Shown: positions 58,437 to 64,000 of the stretch, piece after piece
Numbering within the stretch: the stretch's first letter is position 1
Layout: every line of letters begins with the position of its first letter
NCBI GenBank assembly: GCA_030586555.1
Contig: JAURAC010000008.1
Location: forward strand, 26,582 to 90,581
From: Candidatus Subterrananammoxibius californiae
Lineage (GTDB): Bacteria; Planctomycetota; Brocadiia; Brocadiales; Subterrananammoxibiaceae
Direction of reading: 5' to 3'
DNA length: 64,000 nt
Position numbers and translations under genes: made by a program
Notes under the pieces: model-generated
Databases searched by the model: none
What the model was told of the DNA's origin: nothing
What the model saw: only the letters and a program-made list of their open reading frames with translations

Positions 58437-59297
58437 ATGACAACACTAACCGATATTAAGAAGGTAATACTCCTGGGTAATCTCAAGAAGAGAAAGATTA
58501 GTGAGGCGGTTAAAAACCTTGAACCCTGGCTTAAGAAGAGGACGCAGGTGATTATACATGACCTTGCAAACGAGACGGAAACAGGGGTAGCAGAGGCTGA
58601 TATTGCCATTGTCCTCGGAGGTGATGGCGCACTCCTGTCGGCTTGCAGAAGACTGGGCGAGCATCAAATCCCAATAGTAGGCGTCCATCTGGGAAAGTTT
58701 GGGTTTTTAACAGAGTTAACCGAAAATGATATGTACACTGCAACAGAAAAGATATTGGATGGAGAATGCAAGGTGGTTCCAAGAATGTTATTGACCTGCA
58801 GTGTTCAACGCAAGCAGAACATTATTAAAGACTCTCTGGGACTCAATGATGCAGTAATCTCCCGTCCTGCGCTTTCAAGGTTGATTACCCTTAAACTGTT
58901 AATAAACGGTGATGAAGTTGCCACATACAGAACCGATGGATTAATCGTATCTACTCCAGTCGGCTCAACGGCACATTCCCTTTCGGCAGGCGGTCCAATC
59001 CTTGTGCCGGATATTGATGCCTTCATAATAACACCTATCTGCCCCCATACCCTGACCAACCGTCCCATAGTAGTGCCAGGAGAGTCCAGGATTGAGATAG
59101 AGCATCTTTCTGAACACGGTGGTGTGGGGGTTACTATTGATGGACAGGTCTTTATAGAGTTAATGCAAGGCGACAGGATAAAGGTGGAGAAATCTAATGT
59201 ACAACTCCAATTGATTGACACTGGCGCAAGGACATTTTATGAGGTCTTGCGTGAGAAATTAGACTGGGGAGAGCTTCTCAAATATGGCAACAATTAG
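58437..59297 (+). CDS. nadK: NAD(+) kinase
   Basis: LGGDG, G..GFL, LND.V, DG.I.STP.GSTA.SLSAGGP. Confidence 0.93.
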   Translation: MTTLTDIKKVILLGNLKKRKISEAVKNLEPWLKKRTQVIIHDLANETETGVAEADIAIVLGGDGALLSACRRLGEHQIPIVGVHLGKFGFLTELTENDMYTATEKILDGECKVVPRMLLTCSVQRKQNIIKDSLGLNDAVISRPALSRLITLKLLINGDEVATYRTDGLIVSTPVGSTAHSLSAGGPILVPDIDAFIITPICPHTLTNRPIVVPGESRIEIEHLSEHGGVGVTIDGQVFIELMQGDRIKVEKSNVQLQLIDTGARTFYEVLREKLDWGELLKYGNN

Positions 59298-59490
59298 GAT
59301 AAAACAGCAGTATTGTAAGGGATGTATGTTATGCATCCCGCTTTGTCCAAGCAAAGCCCTTGTGGTTTCAAAGACGCTCAATAATTATGGCATTTATCCT
59401 GTGATGTTTAAAGAGAATGGAAAATGTAACGGGTGTAAGGGATGCGCAATAATTTGTCCCGATGTGGCGATTGAGATATTAAAAGGCTGA
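59284..59490 (+). CDS. 2[4Fe-4S] ferredoxin (delta) subunit of 2-oxoacid:ferredoxin oxidoreductase
   Basis: CKGCMLC...CP and CNGCKGC...CPD. Confidence 0.9.
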   Translation: MATIRIKQQYCKGCMLCIPLCPSKALVVSKTLNNYGIYPVMFKENGKCNGCKGCAIICPDVAIEILKG

Positions 59491-59522
59491 ATGCTGAGGA
59501 AAAGATAGGCTGAAGGAAAATT

Positions 59523-60659
59523 ATGAAACAATTATTAACGGGTAACGAAGCTGCTGCTGAGGCTGCTATTTTAGCGGGGTGCAGATACTATTACGGCTAT
59601 CCTATAACGCCGCAAAACGAACTCATGACCCACATGGCTATAAGGATGCCACAGGTAGGCGGCACATTCATCCAGGCGGAGAGCGAAATAGCAGCGATTA
59701 ACATGGTCTATGGCAGCGCTGCAGCCGGAGCAAGGACGATGACATCTTCATCAAGTCCCGGTATCAGCCTAAAACAAGAAGGTATATCTTATCTGGCAGG
59801 AAGCGAATTGCCATGTGTTATTGTTAATGTGCAGAGAGGCGGTCCTGGTCTCGGGGATATTTCTCCATCACAGGCTGATTACTTTCAGGCTGTAAAGGGT
59901 GGGGGGCATGGCGACTATCACACTATTGTCCTTGCCCCCGGTTCCGTTCAAGAAATAGCAGACCTCGTCTACGATGCCTTCGATATTGCCGATAAATATA
60001 GAAACCCAGTGATGATATTAGGCGATGCCCAGATAGGGCAGATGACAGAGCCTGTTGAGTTTCTCAAACCTACGATAACCAATCTTCCAGCGAAGAAATG
60101 GGCGCTCACAGGGGCTGAAGGTAGGAAACGTAACATCATTAAATCCTTCTATCCTGTAAAAGGAGAACTTGAGGCATTCAACGCTAAACTTCAGAAGAAG
60201 TACCGGGAGATTGAACGGTTGGAGGTGCGTTATGAGGGATTCAATTTAGAGGGTGCAGATATCGTGCTTGTTGCTTACGGGACCTCCGCACGCATCTGTA
60301 AAGAGGTAGTGAAGAATAGCATCAAGTCTGACCCCGAAGGTAAGTTCGGGGCAGGTATGAGGGTTGGTCTGATTAGACCTATTACCCTGTGGCCATTCCC
60401 CAAAGGCATAATCCGCAAGACCTCTGAGAAGGTCTCTGCCATCTTAACCGTGGAAATGAGCGCAGGGCAGATGGTTGAGGATGTCAGGCTTGCGGTTGAG
60501 GGTCGTTGCCCCGTTTACTTCTATGGACGCACGGGAGGAGGCGTACCAACCTCAAAAGAGATTACTGAAAAATTATCACTAATATTAAAGGCAAAAGAAG
60601 AATCCGAAACCTTTTTAGTAAACACGACTTCATGGTCGTGCAGCAGCTCGGGTATTTAA
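59523..60659 (+). CDS. 2-oxoacid:ferredoxin oxidoreductase alpha subunit (VorB/KorA-like)
   Basis: GNEA, YPITP, QAESE.AA, TSSS.PG.SL, RGGP. Confidence 0.9.
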   Translation: MKQLLTGNEAAAEAAILAGCRYYYGYPITPQNELMTHMAIRMPQVGGTFIQAESEIAAINMVYGSAAAGARTMTSSSSPGISLKQEGISYLAGSELPCVIVNVQRGGPGLGDISPSQADYFQAVKGGGHGDYHTIVLAPGSVQEIADLVYDAFDIADKYRNPVMILGDAQIGQMTEPVEFLKPTITNLPAKKWALTGAEGRKRNIIKSFYPVKGELEAFNAKLQKKYREIERLEVRYEGFNLEGADIVLVAYGTSARICKEVVKNSIKSDPEGKFGAGMRVGLIRPITLWPFPKGIIRKTSEKVSAILTVEMSAGQMVEDVRLAVEGRCPVYFYGRTGGGVPTSKEITEKLSLILKAKEESETFLVNTTSWSCSSSGI

Positions 60660-60769
60660 ACTTACCTTTGAAAAGAAGGTAGGGGCGTATTGTCATGCCC
60701 GAGGCAGATTCGCCATGGCGAACAATACACCCTTACATATTTTAAAAAAGGCAAGGAAGAGGATTAGGA

Positions 60770-61513
60770 ATGGAAACCTTATACGCAAGACCGGAAACAT
60801 TATTTGACGTACCAACCCATTATTGTCCCGGCTGCGGGCATGGCATTGTCCATCGCCTGATTGCTGAGATTATAGATGAGTGGGGCATCAGGGGGAAGAC
60901 AATAGGTCTGGCGCCCGTTGGCTGTGCCGTGCTTGCATACAATTACCTTGATATAGATATGAGCGAGGCTGCGCATGGGCGGCCCCCCGCCGTGGCAACG
61001 GGCATTAAACGGGTTCATCCTGATAAGCTTGTGTTTACCTATCAAGGTGATGGCGACCTTGCAGCAATTGGCACGGCAGAGATTATACACACCGCTAATA
61101 GAGGCGAAAATATTACGACGATATTTGTCAACAACGCTGTCTACGGAATGACAAATGGACAGATGGCTCCAACAACCCTGCTCAACCAGAAAACACTCAC
61201 GACACCCGAAGGGCGAAACGTAAGGAACGATGGCTATCCTCTGCGGGTCTGTGAACTCCTTGCAGTCCTTGATGGCACAAGCTACTTAGCAAGGGTCTCT
61301 GTTAGCTCACCCAAAAATATCATGGAAACAAAGAAGGCTATAGAAAAAGGCTTCCGGACACAAATTGAAAACCGTGGTTTTTCATTGGTTGAAATTCTAT
61401 CCCCTTGTCCTGTGTACTGGCGTATGGACCCAATTGAAGCCATGAAGTTCATTGAAGAATCAATGACCAGCACCTTCCCTTTAGGTATAATAAAGGATTG
61501 GGACCATGATTGA
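60770..61513 (+). CDS. 2-oxoacid:ferredoxin oxidoreductase beta (TPP-binding) subunit
   Basis: YCPGCGH, GC, HGR, GDGD, NN..YGMT.GQ. Confidence 0.92.
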   Translation: METLYARPETLFDVPTHYCPGCGHGIVHRLIAEIIDEWGIRGKTIGLAPVGCAVLAYNYLDIDMSEAAHGRPPAVATGIKRVHPDKLVFTYQGDGDLAAIGTAEIIHTANRGENITTIFVNNAVYGMTNGQMAPTTLLNQKTLTTPEGRNVRNDGYPLRVCELLAVLDGTSYLARVSVSSPKNIMETKKAIEKGFRTQIENRGFSLVEILSPCPVYWRMDPIEAMKFIEESMTSTFPLGIIKDWDHD

Positions 61514-62072
61514 AAAGGTCATCCTTGCAGGTTTTGGCGGGCAAGGGATGATGCTGGCAGGGAGGCTGCTTGCACAGGCATCTATGCTTGATGGTAAGCA
61601 TATAACCTTCTTTCCTTCTTATGGCACAGAGGTACGCGGTGGGACTGCTCACTATCATCTCATTATCTCAACAGAGGAAATCTATTCACCTGTGGTCGAG
61701 ATTGCAGACACCCTGCTCATCATGAATCAACCTTCTTATTTGAAATTCAAGGACAGACTTAAATCCGGTGGTATCCTCTTCCTTAACTCCTCAATGGTTG
61801 AGCAGGCTGAAAATGACCCTGAACTTGCTTCAGGGGAACATACCATATTTAAGATTCCCGCAACAGAAATAGCAAGCGAACTCGGCAATGTGCTGGTATC
61901 AAACATGGTAATGACGGGCGCTTATAATGCCGTAAAAAAAATAGTTCCCGCTGCAAAGCTCCTTGACTGCCTTCAAGGCATGTTGACTGGCAAGAAGGCT
62001 TCTCTTTTCGAGATAAACAGGCTTGCAATAAAGCGTGGTGAGGAGTGCGTCCTGAAAGAGATTGTTAAATGA
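61506..62072 (+). CDS. 2-oxoacid:ferredoxin oxidoreductase gamma subunit
   Basis: AGFGGQG, SYG.E.RGG, NMV..GA. Confidence 0.92.
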   Translation: MIEKVILAGFGGQGMMLAGRLLAQASMLDGKHITFFPSYGTEVRGGTAHYHLIISTEEIYSPVVEIADTLLIMNQPSYLKFKDRLKSGGILFLNSSMVEQAENDPELASGEHTIFKIPATEIASELGNVLVSNMVMTGAYNAVKKIVPAAKLLDCLQGMLTGKKASLFEINRLAIKRGEECVLKEIVK

Positions 62073-62260
62073 AATCCAACTCCAAGCCAAAAAGAAAGGG
62101 ATATAGTTTTAAACCTTCTAAAGAAAACTTGGAAGCATTTAAAGGTCTTTCACCAGAGGAAAAGTTACAATGGCTTGAGGATGTCAATGAGTTTGTAAAC
62201 GCCTTTCTCAGCGATGAAAAACTGGCATTGTGGAAGAAGTTCTGTAAGGGTCAATACTAA
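62069..62260 (+). CDS. Small hypothetical protein (antitoxin-like orphan)
   Basis: 63 aa, LSPEEKL.WLE pattern; start overlaps the gamma subunit stop. Confidence 0.5.
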   Translation: MKSNSKPKRKGYSFKPSKENLEAFKGLSPEEKLQWLEDVNEFVNAFLSDEKLALWKKFCKGQY

Positions 62261-62436
62261 GCAGCAACAAGTAGAAGTGGCAAAAGTTAAAAAGTGTTAA
62301 ATTAGTTTGATTAGTTTTATTGGTTTAATTAGTTTTAAATTCGCCAATCGTTTCAACTAATTCAACCAATTTAACCAATAAAACATTTAAATAGTTTCAC
62401 TCGGCACTATCACCTCGTCACTTGACCCTGCCCTCT

Positions 62437-62590
62437 TTACTTGTTACCTACAACGTTCAACGCTCGGAAGTAGAAGTGGGGCAGTTTGGTTGAGCCATGC
62501 CATTCGGTCTTGTTACCCAGCGCTGTAATATTATTAAATATATCAAAGGCGTTGCCGGCAATCATGCAGTCCTTGACACGCCCGATAATC
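62437..62590 (-). pseudogene. Orphaned 3' end of a second pmbA allele
   Basis: Translates IIGRVKDCMIAGNAFDIFNNITALGNKTEWHGSTKLPHFYFRALNVVGNK*, matching 63386-63534. Confidence 0.92.
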
Positions 62591-62956
62591 TTATAGAATT
62601 TCTTTTTTCAAAAGAATTTCCTGAGTTTCAAGAAGGAACTCTTCGAGCTTAACTTTTCTTGAACCCTCGAGGGAGGAATCATGCCCTTCAGGATTTTCTT
62701 CAGGATGCCTATGCCAGTTACCACGAGGACAATCTCTTCCATAAATTCTTTTCCCTCCCAAGATGACCACATAACTTGTATTATCCCTTTGAATGTTATA
62801 ATAAATTTGGATAAAACATTCTTCTGTCACATCTAAGCGCATCTTGATGGTGTGAGTAGTTTTGAGGAGGGTTTGAGCCTTTTGGATAAAGGGAAACTTT
62901 GAAACTATCCTTTTGACATTCTTCTCAAGAGTATTAATATCTAAGCCTTCTGACAA
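62591..62956 (-). CDS. Putative toxin (distant DUF6516-like)
   Basis: RIYGRD....WH.HP pattern; second gene of an overlapping two-gene module. Confidence 0.5.
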   Translation of the reverse strand: MSEGLDINTLEKNVKRIVSKFPFIQKAQTLLKTTHTIKMRLDVTEECFIQIYYNIQRDNTSYVVILGGKRIYGRDCPRGNWHRHPEENPEGHDSSLEGSRKVKLEEFLLETQEILLKKEIL

Positions 62957-63255
62957 AGCTTCTTCAGGTCCTCCTTAAGCATGTCTATGGCATCCACAGT
63001 AGCATCCCAGTCATAGTAGTCGCTTTCTACCTCGAAGGAATAACCTTTTTGCTTTATGACCTCATTTTTCTCAAACTCCTTAAGAGGCATTCCGTACTTT
63101 TTTTGAAATCCCCTATCAATAAGCTCATACTCAGTAATTCTTCTTCTAATTTCCTTCTCCAGAATCTTGCAGATTTTGCTGTTTAGGTCACCCTCTTTCA
63201 CTAAGTGGTTAATAATGTTGTAAACGTCTTCGCCAATTACTGCCATAATAAGCAT
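62941..63255 (-). CDS. Putative antitoxin
   Basis: FQKKYGM.L.EF...SFEVE.DY.DW; overlaps the partner gene. Confidence 0.55.
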   Translation of the reverse strand: MLIMAVIGEDVYNIINHLVKEGDLNSKICKILEKEIRRRITEYELIDRGFQKKYGMPLKEFEKNEVIKQKGYSFEVESDYYDWDATVDAIDMLKEDLKKLCQKA

Positions 63256-63385
63256 CCTTATTTAAGATACCCCTTAAATCTATCTTCCATTGCCTTACCC
63301 TAAAAGAAGGTTAACAAATAGAAGCTGATTTGTCAATTAACAATTAAAGACTTTGTCCTTGCTTTTGTGCTTTCCCTATTTACTG

Positions 63386-64000
63386 TTACCCCACAACATT
63401 CAACGCCCGGAAGTAAAAGTGGGGCAACTTTGTTGAGCCATGCCACTCAGCTTTATTGCCCAGCGCAATAATATTATTAAATATATCAAAGGCGTTGCCG
63501 GCAATCATGCAGTCTTTGGCACGACCGATAATCTCTCCGTTTTCTATAAGGAAGCCGAGGTCTATGTTGACAGAGAATTCTCCTGCAAGGACGTTGCTCT
63601 GCCCCCCTCCTAATACCTGCTCAACAAGGAGACCTTGCTTCATATCGGCAATCATATCTTCAAATGCCATATCGCCAGGTTCAATTATGATATTGGTACA
63701 ACCGGGGGCAGGCTGTGAGGCAAAGCCTCTTGCTCCATTACCGGTGGACTTTGCATTCATCATGCCTGCGGTCTGGAGGTCGTAGATATAATTTTTTAGT
63801 GTACCATTTTCAATGAGTGGTGTTTTTTGGGCTGGGGTACCTTCCCCATCGAATGGAAAACTGCCATCAGCGTAATCAATGGTAGAATCGTCATAGATGC
63901 TAACCCGTTCATCAATGATTTTTTCGCCAAGCTTTCCCGCAAGTGGTGAAGCGCCCTTCTGGACAACCTTGCCATTACATCCTACCTCAAAGGTTGCAAG
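63386..64000 (-). CDS. pmbA: TldD/PmbA family protein (3' part; 5' end outside window)
   Basis: Open frame to the window edge; PFDGEG, STGN, GEFS, IAGN. Confidence 0.88.
   Translation of the reverse strand, partial: LATFEVGCNGKVVQKGASPLAGKLGEKIIDERVSIYDDSTIDYADGSFPFDGEGTPAQKTPLIENGTLKNYIYDLQTAGMMNAKSTGNGARGFASQPAPGCTNIIIEPGDMAFEDMIADMKQGLLVEQVLGGGQSNVLAGEFSVNIDLGFLIENGEIIGRAKDCMIAGNAFDIFNNIIALGNKAEWHGSTKLPHFYFRALNVVG

Noticed and set aside
1..64000. CRISPR array
   Set aside because: The repeats are dispersed palindromes or short tandem units, never identical repeats with regular unique spacers; no cas genes

Overview
A chromosomal window, most likely from an anammox-type planctomycete (Candidatus Brocadiales). 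That assignment is inferred mainly from a naxL/naxS-like His/Cys cytochrome c pair. The housekeeping backbone includes tadA, tRNA-Arg(ACG), tRNA-Ser(CGA), a Pho/pst operon, a MoxR-DUF58-VWA operon, aroF, a DapL-like aminotransferase, proS, mnmA, argS, lptD, coaD, xseAB, dxs, nadK, a 2-oxoacid:ferredoxin oxidoreductase and a partial pmbA. Five things stand out. (1) A 12.6 kb sulfur/lipoate locus combines a membrane NarI-HdrD (DsrMK-like) fusion, a stand-alone lipoyl carrier, LipS1/Lpl/LipS2, two DsrEFH sets, two TusA and MoeB, with no DsrC or DsrAB. This suggests a lipoate-based analogue of the DsrEFH-DsrC-DsrMK relay. (2) Toxin-antitoxin cargo is repeatedly bracketed by duplicated gene ends (tRNA-Ser 5' half, pmbA 3' end, a 20-bp coding remnant) with no integrase nearby. 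(3) An orphan integron cassette with a 59-bp attC carries a TIR-TPR gene and sits at a truncated hicA. (4) Several palindromic repeat families are inserted in-frame into essential proteins. (5) Regulatory signals include a Tyr/Phe leader-peptide attenuator before aroF, 11-bp-periodic Pho boxes and a sigma54 promoter. All calls come from reading sequence and motifs by eye; no searches were run.
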